Below are positions 1 through 10,768 of a DNA stretch of 64,000 nucleotides, one piece after another. The stretch spans positions 864,001 to 928,000 of the forward strand of contig CAXXUK010000001.1 in the NCBI GenBank assembly GCA_963665125.2, in the 5' to 3' direction. The notes beneath the pieces are model-generated. The model saw only the letters and a program-made list of their open reading frames with translations, searched no databases and was not told the origin of the DNA. How positions within the stretch are numbered: position 1 is the first letter of the stretch; every line of letters starts with the position of its first letter. A program made the position numbers and the translations under genes. This DNA comes from an uncultured Desulfarculus sp. GTDB lineage: Bacteria; Desulfobacterota; Desulfarculia; Desulfarculales; Desulfarculaceae.

Positions 1-1
1 C

Positions 2-190
2 AGGTTCGTGTTTACGATCCAGAGCCTGGCCATACCCGTGCTGCCGTTCGAGAAGTTCATCGCCTTCATGCCGACTTGGCAGGAGATCGCGGTGGGTTCC
101 TTGATTCTTGGTTATGGTTTCCTGGTCTACTCCTTGGCCTATCGGTATCTGCCGATATTCCCCAAGGAAGTCGAACTTAGCCAGGATTAG
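2..190 (+). CDS. qrcD: 3' end of NrfD/PsrC-family membrane subunit, QrcD-like (quinone reductase complex); truncated by window edge
   Basis: Open frame from position 2; hydrophobic C-terminus ...TIQSLAIPVLPFE..MPTWQE..YSLAYRYLPIFPKE resembles the NrfD/QrcD C-terminus as I recall it. Confidence 0.7.
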   Translation, partial: RFVFTIQSLAIPVLPFEKFIAFMPTWQEIAVGSLILGYGFLVYSLAYRYLPIFPKEVELSQD

Positions 191-201
191 GGAGGAAAGA
201 A

Positions 202-399
202 ATGTTCCCCTTCTCATTCGAATGGCATTGGGATATCGGCCACCTGGTGTTCTTCGGCGTGTTCTACGCGGCTCTGACGGTGATTGGCATCACTTTGGTG
301 GCAACCATCTTCAAGACCGGCAAGGACATCGCCTCCGGGCATGCTCATGTGGAGCACGATGATGAACACGACGCCCATGCCGAGGCCGCCGAGGCATAG
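202..399 (+). CDS. Small single-TM membrane protein with His/acidic tail, co-transcribed with the qrcD-like gene
   Basis: Strong RBS GGAGG; MFPFSFEWHWDIGHLVFFG + TM helix + GHAHVEHDDEHDAH; followed by terminator. Confidence 0.75.
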   Translation: MFPFSFEWHWDIGHLVFFGVFYAALTVIGITLVATIFKTGKDIASGHAHVEHDDEHDAHAEAAEA

Positions 400-422
400 G
401 CATACCGGCATCTAAAGACTAC

Positions 423-453
423 GGCGGGGCCCCTCGGGGCTCCGCCTTTTTTT
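423..453 (+). terminator. Rho-independent terminator
   Basis: GGCGGGGCCCC-TC-GGGGCTCCGCC followed by a T-tract. Confidence 0.8.
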
Positions 454-465
454 CCGGCAAAGCAG

Positions 466-1113
466 ATGAGCTTGAAAATACCATCACCCGTGCTGTCCCA
501 AATAAAGGCCGTGGTTTTCGACCTCGACGGCGTACTGTTTGATTCATATGATTCCAATGTGGCTTTTTACGATCACATTCTGGAGCACATCGGCAAACCA
601 CCGGTCCCCGGACATCTAAAAGACCTTGTTCACCGCGAAAGCATTCACGGTTCGCTCAAGGCCCTGGTTGGAGACGGCGCGGAATACGAGCGGGCCATGG
701 CCTATTGCAAGGGGTTGGACTTCGAGCCGTTCATCAAAAGGCTCAAGCTCTTTCCGGATGTGCATAAGACCTTGGAAACATTGGCCCAAACAGTGAGGCT
801 GGCCGTGGCCACCAACCGCATTTCCAGCACAATACCGGCTCTGGAACATCTGGAGCTGGCCAGTTTTTTCGAACTGGTGGTCACGCCCGCCGACGCCCGG
901 GCCAGCAAGCCCCAGGCGGAGTTCATGACGTACACCCTGGAAAAATTGAGCCTGACCAGGAGGGACGTGGTATATGTCGGCGATTCGGTGATTGACCAGG
1001 ATCTATGCCTGGCTTCGGATGTGCCATTGGTGGCCTTCCGGGACGCAAGGCTCAAGGCCTGGGCCCATGTTCAGGGCATGGCCCAGATTCCAGCCCTGTT
1101 GTCCGGCGAATAG
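466..1113 (+). CDS. HAD-superfamily hydrolase (phosphoglycolate phosphatase-like)
   Basis: Motif I FDLDGVL, motif II ATN, KP, motif IV YVGDSxxD. Confidence 0.85.
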   Translation: MSLKIPSPVLSQIKAVVFDLDGVLFDSYDSNVAFYDHILEHIGKPPVPGHLKDLVHRESIHGSLKALVGDGAEYERAMAYCKGLDFEPFIKRLKLFPDVHKTLETLAQTVRLAVATNRISSTIPALEHLELASFFELVVTPADARASKPQAEFMTYTLEKLSLTRRDVVYVGDSVIDQDLCLASDVPLVAFRDARLKAWAHVQGMAQIPALLSGE

Positions 1114-1121
1114 CCCCGGAC

Positions 1122-1295
1122 CTAGTCGCGCTGCTTTTTAGGCGGATCGTATAGGCCGTGGAAAAGGGCGGGCTGCTTGTAATCGCGCCAGGCCTCGCAT
1201 GTGGCCTTGTGCCGGCAGTCCGGACATAACTCCACGGGCACGCGGTGGCGTCCCGCGCGTCTGGGGCATACTATGAAATCGCGGCGGTTGTTCAT
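1122..1295 (-). CDS. Small Cys-rich protein, 57 aa (possible metal binding); below ORF-track cutoff
   Basis: Hand translation MNNRRDFIVCPRRAGRHRVPVELCPDCRHKATCEAWRDYKQPALFHGLYDPPKKQRD*; fills the intergenic gap. Confidence 0.5.
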   Translation of the reverse strand: MNNRRDFIVCPRRAGRHRVPVELCPDCRHKATCEAWRDYKQPALFHGLYDPPKKQRD

Positions 1296-1382
1296 GGCCC
1301 AAACCTACCACGATTCAGGCTCGGGAAAAAGCGGTCCTGCCTCGAATAAGGCCAGGAGCGCTTTTTCTTTTTTCAGCAGGCG

Positions 1383-1670
1383 TCAGATGGTCTTACTGAT
1401 GATGCCGCTGAGTATGTCCTTGCCGAACTCATAGGTCTGCTGCTGGGACTGAAGGCCTATGTTGTTACGGTTGCGGTTTCTGTTCATGTTCGTGTTGCCG
1501 CCCATGAGCTTGCCGACGAGGCTCTTTTCCTCGTCCTGATCCATCAGGTTGCCGATGGCAAGGGCATTGGTCTCGTCACTGCCCAGACCATAGGTGTTGG
1601 CCTGGGACTGGGCGGAACTAAGAGCGCTTTGGGTGGAGATGTTGGCCATTGAGCCAAAAGTGAAAGCCAT
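1383..1670 (-). CDS. Hypothetical Ser/Gln/Asn-rich protein
   Basis: GGAGG RBS before ATG at 1670; no recognisable domain. Confidence 0.65.
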   Translation of the reverse strand: MAFTFGSMANISTQSALSSAQSQANTYGLGSDETNALAIGNLMDQDEEKSLVGKLMGGNTNMNRNRNRNNIGLQSQQQTYEFGKDILSGIISKTI

Positions 1671-1786
1671 CAAAGACCTCCGGCTAATTGCCTGTCCTTA
1701 GGCTGAAGCGAGCCATCCATGGAGGTTTTGAATATATTTTAATTATTAACACCAATTCCACAGAAAGAAAAGGCGTTTATCCAAAA

Positions 1787-3058
1787 TCAATCAAGCTTGG
1801 GGTTGAAATACCCGTGCCGAAGCGAGGGATAATCCTTGCGCAGCCTTTCGATCAGTTGGGCGATACCCACGCGTTTGCCGTCGGGATCGATTTCCAGGGC
1901 CCGCAGGTATATCTCGGGGTCGATGTTGATATTGCGCCACTGAATCAAATCCAGGCGGACGTCCTCGATGATCCTGATCAGTGCCTCCACCTCTTCCTCG
2001 CGGTCGGTGAGGCCGGGCATGGTAAGCAGGTTGATGGAGGCGAATCCTCCGGCCTTTTTCACTTCCTTCAGAGACTCGATGGCCTGTTCCAGGCTCCAGC
2101 CCTTGGGCCGGTAATAGGTTGCGTGGCGCTCTGGAATCAGCGAATTCAAGGAAACGCGGATGGAACTAAGACCTTCGCCCATCAGGCGGCGCACCTGATC
2201 CGGCCTGCTGCCGTTGGTGTTGAGATTGATGGTGCCTTTGGGCTCCTTTTGCCTGATCAACCTGATGGAGCGGGCCAACAGGTCGGCCTGCATCAGGGGC
2301 TCGCCCTCGCAGCCTTGGCCAAAGCTGACCAAGGGGTCGCGCTGTTGGCCGAAATGATGCAGGGCCACCTCTGCCACTTCCTCGGGCAAGGGCGCGAAAT
2401 CGATGCGCTCCTGGGTGCAGGGGAAGGTGCCCGAGGGCTGATACGACAGACAGCCGATGCAGTCGGCGTTGCATACCGGGCTGGTAGGCAGGGGGGCCTC
2501 CCAGCGGCCCAGGACCAGGTTTTTGGCCGCCGGGCAGCCGTAGGTCATGGCGCATGTGCCCAGGTGCTGCCACAAACGGTTGTTTTTGTATTGCCGCAGC
2601 AGACGCCTGGCGGCGGCCTGCAGACGGTCCGGCGTGGGGAAGCGGCCGGGGTCCTGGCGGGGAAGGGGGTCGACCCTCAGACCCGTAACGACGAATTGGT
2701 CACCTTGAAAGCCCACGGCGGCATAGGCGAACAACGGCAGATTGGGCGCGTCTCCCACGGTCTTGTAGGCCGCCCAAAGCGTGGCCGTGTGGGCCGGGGC
2801 CATGAACGCCGCCACGGCCGTGACCCGCTCTTCGGGCTCGTCGGGGTTGTATTCAACAGGAGCGATCCTGCCCTTGGAGTTTACGCCCACGGGCAGGCGC
2901 TGGGGCAGCAGGAACAGCTCGCTGCCCTCGGGCAGGGGAATGCAGTCCTCGGCCTCGACCTTTTGCCATTTGCCGCCCGCCGAGCCGCACATGGCCATCT
3001 CGGGGTGGTCGAAGATGTTGCCCTCTTCGTCTGCGTATACCAAGCGGGGGGCGTTCAT
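1787..3058 (-). CDS. Radical SAM protein of unknown function
   Basis: CNADCIGC (CxxxCxxC), GQGCEGEP, NTNGS motifs; start placed at ATG 3058 behind CAGGAG RBS (ORF track extends too far). Confidence 0.88.
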   Translation of the reverse strand: MNAPRLVYADEEGNIFDHPEMAMCGSAGGKWQKVEAEDCIPLPEGSELFLLPQRLPVGVNSKGRIAPVEYNPDEPEERVTAVAAFMAPAHTATLWAAYKTVGDAPNLPLFAYAAVGFQGDQFVVTGLRVDPLPRQDPGRFPTPDRLQAAARRLLRQYKNNRLWQHLGTCAMTYGCPAAKNLVLGRWEAPLPTSPVCNADCIGCLSYQPSGTFPCTQERIDFAPLPEEVAEVALHHFGQQRDPLVSFGQGCEGEPLMQADLLARSIRLIRQKEPKGTINLNTNGSRPDQVRRLMGEGLSSIRVSLNSLIPERHATYYRPKGWSLEQAIESLKEVKKAGGFASINLLTMPGLTDREEEVEALIRIIEDVRLDLIQWRNINIDPEIYLRALEIDPDGKRVGIAQLIERLRKDYPSLRHGYFNPKLD

Positions 3059-3173
3059 GATCGGCTCCTGTTCACACATTGCCAAAAGAAAATGTGCTTC
3101 GTTTCTACCACAGCCGTGGCCGCAGTGCATCAGCGGGTTGTTACATTGGGCGGGTTTTGTTAAAAGATGGCTC

Positions 3174-4337
3174 ATGAAGAAGTTTGACGTAATCATAATC
3201 GGCCTGGGACCGGCCGGGGCCGCCGCGGCCATGGATCTGGCCGGGGCCGGGGCCAGGGTTCTGGTTGTGGACGGTTCCGGCGTCTCGGCCAAGCCCTGTG
3301 GCGGATGCCTGTCCCTGCGCGCCGTAAGGGCCCTGGCGCCCTTTGGGCCGCCGGCGTGGCTCTATGATTATCCGGTTTCAACCCTGTGGCTCACCGGTCC
3401 GGGGCGAAGGCCGGGGCGATACGACACTGATCAAACGGGTTGCTACTTCATTGATCGCGGCAGGCTGGACGCCTTTTTAGCTCAAAAAACCGCCGCTGCC
3501 GGGGTGGAGATTGTAAAAAGCAAGGCCAGATTTGTTGTCGATCAGGGCAATGGCTATAAGGTGGCCTGCCCGGAGGGTGTGTTCAAATCAGACTGGCTCC
3601 TGGGCTCCGACGGGGCCAACAGCATTGTGGGCCGGGCCTTTGGCTTGGGCTGGACCAACCGCGAGTTCGTGGCCCTGGTGGAAAACAGGCCCATGCCCGC
3701 CCGGTTGGCAGAACCCCTGAAAAACGCCGCCGTGATTGAGTTGGGCGGCATACGTGGCGGCTATGGCTGGCTTTTCGGCCTGGGCGATACGCTGAATCTC
3801 GGCATGGCCGGCCAGCGCGGGAAGTTGGCCGCTTCCGGGGGGCTGAAACGTTCCTACGGTCGTTTTTTGGCTCGGCACGGCCTGGTCGCAGGCGGCAATC
3901 CCCGCGGGGCGGTCATACCCTATCCGCGACTGCGGCCATGCCGCCGGAGCAGGGCCAGGGCGGCGGTCATCGGCGATGCCGCGGCCTTGGCCGATCCCTT
4001 CCTGGGCGAGGGCATCGCCCCGGCCATTGTCAGCGGCAGGATGGCCGCTGGGGCCATCATCGCCGGAAACATGGGCCTGTATGAGTCGCGGCTGGGCCAA
4101 ACCCTATTGCGAGATCATTGGCACAGCGTATTTGTAGCCGGCTTGATCTACGGCTGGCCCGGTTTGGCTCTGAACCTGGTGCGCAGACACCCGGGGGGAA
4201 TTGAATTGGGCTGGCGGCTTCTCAGGGGAGAGGTGGCTTCGGCAAAAATCTGGTCAGAGGTGATCAGAGGCTTCCGGGGGCTGCCCCCCAACCTTGACCC
4301 CCAGGCTTCGGCATACTATAGTTGTCCCGTAAGTTGA
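3174..4337 (+). CDS. Geranylgeranyl reductase-family FAD-dependent oxidoreductase
   Basis: DVIIIGLGPAG, KPCGG, DGANS, GYGWLF, GDAAxxxDPFLGEGI; start at ATG 3174. Confidence 0.85.
   Translation: MKKFDVIIIGLGPAGAAAAMDLAGAGARVLVVDGSGVSAKPCGGCLSLRAVRALAPFGPPAWLYDYPVSTLWLTGPGRRPGRYDTDQTGCYFIDRGRLDAFLAQKTAAAGVEIVKSKARFVVDQGNGYKVACPEGVFKSDWLLGSDGANSIVGRAFGLGWTNREFVALVENRPMPARLAEPLKNAAVIELGGIRGGYGWLFGLGDTLNLGMAGQRGKLAASGGLKRSYGRFLARHGLVAGGNPRGAVIPYPRLRPCRRSRARAAVIGDAAALADPFLGEGIAPAIVSGRMAAGAIIAGNMGLYESRLGQTLLRDHWHSVFVAGLIYGWPGLALNLVRRHPGGIELGWRLLRGEVASAKIWSEVIRGFRGLPPNLDPQASAYYSCPVS
4294..4322 (+). promoter_or_regulatory. Putative sigma70 promoter for ftsB-TPR-efp
   Basis: TTGACC-N17-TATAGT inside the 3' end of the upstream gene. 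Confidence 0.55.
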
Positions 4338-4395
4338 CGGGATCACTTGGAAGGGTGCCCCCCCGCGCTTGCAGACCAAAAGGGAAGGTGGTCCT

Positions 4396-4704
4396 TTGGC
4401 CGAATCACAGGGCAGAAGCATTTGGCGTATGGCGTTGGTTTGCAGCGCCGTGCTGGCCTGCGCCCTGATGATTTATTCCGGTATCGGCAAACTGCGTGAT
4501 TCCAGTTGGCGCTTGCAACAGATACAAGAGATAAACCAGGATCTGGACCGCGATAACAAGATCCTGCATAGCCAGGTGCAGCGGCTCAGGGACGACAAAC
4601 AGGCTATCGACAGGGCCGTGCGCCGGGAGATGGACATGGTCAGGCCGGACGAGGTGGTGTACCAGTTTGACTCCGGCCGAAACCAAAAGGAGGCTGCAAG
4701 GTGA
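4396..4704 (+). CDS. ftsB: Septum formation initiator FtsB/DivIC family
   Basis: N-terminal TM, coiled coil, IDRAVRREMDMVRPDEVVY; TTG start uncertain (4369 or 4396). Confidence 0.75.
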   Translation: MAESQGRSIWRMALVCSAVLACALMIYSGIGKLRDSSWRLQQIQEINQDLDRDNKILHSQVQRLRDDKQAIDRAVRREMDMVRPDEVVYQFDSGRNQKEAAR

Positions 4705-5342
4705 GCTCCGACAGCACGGGTAACCGCGGTACGGCCGCGGAAATGGTCCTGCTTGAGGCCTGGGTTTATGACAACCCCGGCTCCCAGGCGGCCCTGAAGC
4801 TTGCCGCCGCCTTCATCGAGACGCAGCGGCCCGCCGAGGCCAGGGAAATCCTGGGCAAGTACCTGGCCCTGCACCCGGCCAATGTCCAGGCCCGGGAATT
4901 GCTGGCCAGGGTTTTGGAACAGCGCGGCGACAGGGACGGTGCAGCCGCCCAATTGCTGCTGGCCGCCCAGGAACTGGGCCGTCACGCGGTGGTGTTTTCG
5001 CACCTGGCACGGCTGTTGGACGAGCAAGGACGGGAAAAAGAGGCCGCCAAGGCCAGGGTGTTGGCCGAGGCCCTGGAAACGGGCATAGGGCCGTTGCCTT
5101 CGTTCGACGGTCTCGAGTCGGCGACAATGGCCAATATCTACGCGGCTCAGGGACATTCCGAGCAGGCGGAAGAAATATACAAGAAACTACTGGCGCGTCA
5201 GCCCGGCGACGTTGAAGTCGGGGCGAAATTGGCGGCCACACAGCAAAAGACGGCTTTGGACCAGGGCGGTAAGGTAATCCAAAAACTCAACCGCTTCAAA
5301 CAGGCGGCCATGCGCCGGGCCGCCGGGGCCGCTCCCGCATAA
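4701..5342 (+). CDS. Tetratricopeptide repeat protein
   Basis: TPR-like helical repeats; SATMANIYAAQGH..AEEIYKKLL. Confidence 0.75.
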   Translation: MSSDSTGNRGTAAEMVLLEAWVYDNPGSQAALKLAAAFIETQRPAEAREILGKYLALHPANVQARELLARVLEQRGDRDGAAAQLLLAAQELGRHAVVFSHLARLLDEQGREKEAAKARVLAEALETGIGPLPSFDGLESATMANIYAAQGHSEQAEEIYKKLLARQPGDVEVGAKLAATQQKTALDQGGKVIQKLNRFKQAAMRRAAGAAPA

Positions 5343-5373
5343 ACCCAAACTATTAGTACAGGCGGTAAGCAAT

Positions 5374-5934
5374 ATGGCGATCAGCACTGCAGAGTTCCGC
5401 AAGGGGCTCAAGATTGAAATCGACGGCAAACCATTCATCATCGTGGAATCCCAGCACGTCAAGCCCGGCAAGGGCGGCGCTTTTGTGCGCACCAAGATGA
5501 AAAACCTGGAAACAGGCCAGGTCTTGGAACAGACGTTCCGGTCGGGCGCCAAGGTGGACAAACCCGATTTGGAGCAAAAGAACATGCAGTACCTCTATCT
5601 CGAGGGCACCCAGTATGTGTTCATGGACAACGACACCTATGATCAGGTCTTCATCGAGGGCGATTTTCTGGGTGACGCCGTAAACTACATGCTGCCCAAC
5701 ATCAACGTGGACGTGCTGTTCTTCAACGGCAAACCAATCGGCGTGGATCTGCCCATCTCCGTGGAAATGACCGTGACCCACACCGAGCCGGGCGTGAAGG
5801 GCGACACCGCCACGGGCGTGACCAAACCCGCCACCCTGGAGACGGGTCTAGTCATCAACGTGCCTTTGTTCGTGAACGAAGGCGATTTGCTCAAGATCGA
5901 CACCCGCACAGGGGAGTACATGGAACGTGCCTAA
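5374..5934 (+). CDS. efp: Translation elongation factor P
   Basis: HVKPGKGGAFVRTK, KPATLETG, VPLFV, DTRTGEY. Confidence 0.97.
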   Translation: MAISTAEFRKGLKIEIDGKPFIIVESQHVKPGKGGAFVRTKMKNLETGQVLEQTFRSGAKVDKPDLEQKNMQYLYLEGTQYVFMDNDTYDQVFIEGDFLGDAVNYMLPNINVDVLFFNGKPIGVDLPISVEMTVTHTEPGVKGDTATGVTKPATLETGLVINVPLFVNEGDLLKIDTRTGEYMERA

Positions 5935-6988
5935 GGACTTCAGGCCAAACTTCATGGCCACCGGCATCGGATCGTTGCCCCACGGCGACCCGGCCGTGGC
6001 CGTGGCCGACGTGGCCACGCGGCTTACCGAGATGCCTTATTGGCCCCAGTTGCCCAACGTGAGCCCGGTCGAAGACATGAACCTGCAATACACCTCGGCC
6101 CTGGAGCCGCTGGTGCGGGCCGATACGGTTGCGCGCGAGCCCAAGGCCCACCCCGGCATGAGCCGGGAGGAGGCTCTGGCTGGCTTTTATGAAAAGCTCT
6201 TTGGCGGCGAACAGACGCCGTTCGATCTGGACGCCGGGGCCGCGGCCGGTTTCAACGTGTTCATGGAATACGTCGGAAATGCCGGTGGAGACGCGTTCCC
6301 CTGGATCAAGGGCCACGTCACCGGTCCGCTGACCCAAGCAGCCGCCGTCATGGGCGAAAACGGCAAGGCCCTGCTGTATGACGACGAGGCCGCCGAAGCC
6401 ATCGCCAGGGGGCTCGGTGCGGCCGTGGCCGCACAGGTTGTCCAGATGGCCCCACTGGGGCGCAAGGTGATGATGTTCCTGGATGAGCCGTTCCTGTCGG
6501 GATTCGGCAGCGCCTTTACGCCGATCAACCGGGACAAGGTCGTCAGCCTGTTGTCCATGACCATGGAAGAGGCCCGCCAGCGTGGCCCGGAGATGGTCAT
6601 CGGCATCCATTGTTGCGGCAACACCGACTGGGCCATGCTTATCGAGGCCGGGGCCGACGTGATCAATCTGGATTCCGCCGGATTCGGCAAGCACCTGCTG
6701 CTGTACCCCGAGGCCGTGCGCCAACTCCTGGATCGCGGCGGGGCCGTGGCTTGGGGCGCCGTGCCCACCAGCGAATACAAGGGCGACGAGACCGTGGAGG
6801 GCCTATGGGCCGACCTCAAGGCCCTGCTGGTGGAACTGGAAGGCAAGGGCTTTGACCGCAAGCTCCTGGCCGCCCAGGCCCTGGTGACGCCCGCCTGCGG
6901 GTTGGGCTCCCTGGACGAAACAAAGGCCAGGGCCATCCTGGACCTCACTGCCGGTGTCAGCAAGCTGGCTCGTGAGGAGTATAATTAG
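5927..6988 (+). CDS. Core methionine synthase (MetE catalytic domain only; MesB-like)
   Basis: TGIGSLPH, WPQLP, KGHVTGP, FLDEP, GIHCCGNTDW, AWGAVP, TPACGLG; no N-terminal folate-binding half. Confidence 0.8.
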   Translation: MPKDFRPNFMATGIGSLPHGDPAVAVADVATRLTEMPYWPQLPNVSPVEDMNLQYTSALEPLVRADTVAREPKAHPGMSREEALAGFYEKLFGGEQTPFDLDAGAAAGFNVFMEYVGNAGGDAFPWIKGHVTGPLTQAAAVMGENGKALLYDDEAAEAIARGLGAAVAAQVVQMAPLGRKVMMFLDEPFLSGFGSAFTPINRDKVVSLLSMTMEEARQRGPEMVIGIHCCGNTDWAMLIEAGADVINLDSAGFGKHLLLYPEAVRQLLDRGGAVAWGAVPTSEYKGDETVEGLWADLKALLVELEGKGFDRKLLAAQALVTPACGLGSLDETKARAILDLTAGVSKLAREEYN

Positions 6989-6994
6989 CTGTAT

Positions 6995-7102
6995 TTGGGA
7001 AATTTTTTTTCAAAAAAGTTCCCCAAGCCCCTCAAAAAACATTGCCGGTTATTGTTTTCGGCTTTGCCGCCAAACAATAACCGGTCATTTTTTTGGGCAG
7101 GG
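6995..7102. repeat. Intergenic palindromic element, copy A (two hairpins) between convergent genes
   Basis: TTGGGAAATTTTTT..AAAAAAGTTCCCCAA then CCGGTTATTGTTT..AAACAATAACCGG; reverse complement aligns with 27495-27590. Confidence 0.75.
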
Positions 7103-7113
7103 TAAGCACGGCA

Positions 7114-8474
<1,361 letters not shown>

Positions 8475-8478
<4 letters not shown>

Positions 8479-10004
8479 CCCCGCGCTCCATTGAAGGGCA
8501 GTGACAACACGAATGAGGCCCCGCCCAGATCGGAATTGCCCGCCGTCAGATCACCGCCGTGGGCCCTGGCTATGCGCCGGGCAATGGCCAGGCCCAGGCC
8601 CGAGCCACGTTCCTTGGTGCTGAAAAACGGGTCGAACAGACTCTCCGGCGTGGTCCCCTCCAGGCCTGGTCCGCTGTCGGCCACTTCCAGTTCCAGGCGC
8701 GACTTTGCCTTGCGCAGGCGGAACTCAAGGCGGCCCCGGCCGTTGAGGGCCTCCAAGGCGTTGACCATCAGGTTGAGGATGACCTGACGCATCTGATCCG
8801 GATCTGCCGTGACTCCGGGCAGTTCATCGGGAGCCACCACTGAAATGTCGATGCCTTCGCACCGGGGGTCGTCGTTCATCAGGGCCATCGTGCTTTCAAC
8901 GGACTCAACCAGATCCAGGGGCGCCCGGCGCGGCTCCTTGGGCCGGGCATAATCCAACAGTCCGCTGACAACCCGCTCCAGCCGGTCCACTTCTTCCACG
9001 GCCACGGCCCCATATTGGCCCTGACGGCTGTCCGGCGGATAGCCTTTGGTAATAAACTGCACCAGACCGCGCAGGGCCGAAAGCGGGTTGCGAATCTCGT
9101 GGGCCACCGAGGCGGCCAGTCGGCCAACCGCCGCCATGTGTTGGGATTGGGCCATTTGGCGGCGCAGGCGCATGAGTTCCGAATCCTTGCGCTTGGCGTA
9201 ATAAACCATGGCAGCGGCAGCGGCTCCGGCGGCCGCGAAAATCAGGCAAGCCAGGAACAGGGCCTGATGAAGGTCTTCCGCCGCCGCGGCCTCAAACTGC
9301 TTGGTGTTAAGCTGGATCAAGGCATATGGACGAGCGTCTTCATCTCCGTTTCCCGGCACCAATTCTACGGGACCCATCATCAGGCCCGGACCGCCCCCGC
9401 GTCCCTGTTTTCCACCGCCTGATCCGAGATTTCGCTTTTCAGGCGGCGGGTTTTCGGGCAAGGGGCATGTGGATGCGTCGGGTTCCGGCTTGTTTTGTTG
9501 CAGCCAAGGCGGGCACGCCCACTCGGGCAGGGGCTGATTCCCCCGTCTCAGCGGTCTCAAAGGCTTGAACTGGCGGCCGACCCACAAAGATCCGTGTTCG
9601 AACATCATGATCGGATCGCCGTTTTTTATATGGGGAACCAGATTCTTAGGCACACTGTTTTTGCTGTCTTTGGGCGTTTTGCTGGCCGTGACAAACCAGC
9701 CGTAGGGACCGACCAGGGTCAGGGATTCGACGTGGGGATGGTCAAGCATCTCCTCGACCAGGCTTTGCATCATAACCCGGCGGCCAAAGCCGTGGCGCAT
9801 GCTGGCCCGGGCCGCGCTTTCCAGCGAACGGATGACCAACTCACCCTGGGATGTCAGGGAGTTTGTCATCAACTCGCGGGTTCTGAACAGCCTGTCCTGG
9901 GTCGAGACGGCGAGCACGGCCAGGACAATCAGCAAAACTCCGAATAGAACCAACCAGTTCAATCCGGAGTTGCCTGCCTTGTTTTCCGCCTGAAAATCCT
10001 TCAT
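8475..10004 (-). CDS. zraS: Two-TM sensor histidine kinase (ZraS-like)
   Basis: AHEIRNPL H-box, NLMVNA, DSGPG, GSGLGL; between zraP-like and zraR-like genes. Confidence 0.8.
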
Positions 10005-10074
10005 GCCGCGTTCCTTGAAAAAACCGCGCCGGGGCCGTCCCCACGATCGGCCCCGGCCGTGAAGTTATTCTACA

Positions 10075-10560
10075 TTACTGCCAGCAGTAGCCGCCACCGG
10101 GACCGCCGCCAAATCCGCCCATGCGGCCACCGCGGCCGGAATTGCCCATACCCATTCCGTGACCACCGAAGGATCCGCGACCGCCACACAGACCGGCGCC
10201 GTATCCGCGCAACTGGTTGACATCGTCACCCATGTACTTGACGCGTTCCTTGGCCATCTGGGCCCTAAGGTCGATCATTTCATTGGCCAGGGCGTTGAAC
10301 TTGGCCTTGTCGACCTGGGGCTGGGCCATGACGGTGCGCATTTCAACCTGCTTTTCGGCGATCTTCTTGCGCAGGTCAAGAGTTGCGTTCATGAAGGCCG
10401 CACGGTCCTGCTCGATCTTGGCAATCTGCTCCTGGGTCAATTGAGGGGCATTGGGGCCCTGTCCGCGGCCTGGTCCATAGGGGCCGGCCAAAGCGGTGGA
10501 GGCCAAAAGGGCCATCATGGCCAGGGCGACAACACTTGCAGTCAAAGTCTTTTTGCTCAT
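10075..10560 (-). CDS. zraP: Periplasmic ZraP/Spy/CpxP-family protein
   Basis: Signal peptide, LTQEQ motif, helical core, Gly-rich C-terminus ending GYCWQ. Confidence 0.8.
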   Translation of the reverse strand: MSKKTLTASVVALAMMALLASTALAGPYGPGRGQGPNAPQLTQEQIAKIEQDRAAFMNATLDLRKKIAEKQVEMRTVMAQPQVDKAKFNALANEMIDLRAQMAKERVKYMGDDVNQLRGYGAGLCGGRGSFGGHGMGMGNSGRGGRMGGFGGGPGGGYCWQ

Positions 10561-10609
10561 TTTTTTGCTCCTTTATATGAGTAGCGTTTGTTTTCTGGCC
10601 CTTATATAA

Positions 10610-10626
10610 AGCACAGGCCGTGCCAA
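10610..10626 (-). promoter_or_regulatory. Sigma54 -24/-12 promoter of zraP
   Basis: Minus strand TTGGCACGGCCTGTGCT = GG-N10-GC, about 50 nt upstream of ATG. Confidence 0.85.
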
Positions 10627-10743
10627 TTGGAGCCTTATTGTTAAATAGGTATTAATTACAGTTTGTTAGCTTTATTTTATTCTGTGCGGATCAATGGTCC
10701 GGGTCGGAGTCGGTGCATAATTTTTTTTCAGCCGATTGAAACC

Positions 10744-10760
10744 GCGAAACATTTTTTCGC
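10744..10760. promoter_or_regulatory. Candidate enhancer (ZraR-type activator binding site)
   Basis: Palindrome GCGAAA-CATTT-TTTCGC about 120 bp upstream of the sigma54 promoter, separated by an AT-rich spacer. Confidence 0.45.
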
Positions 10761-10768
10761 AGATGGAT

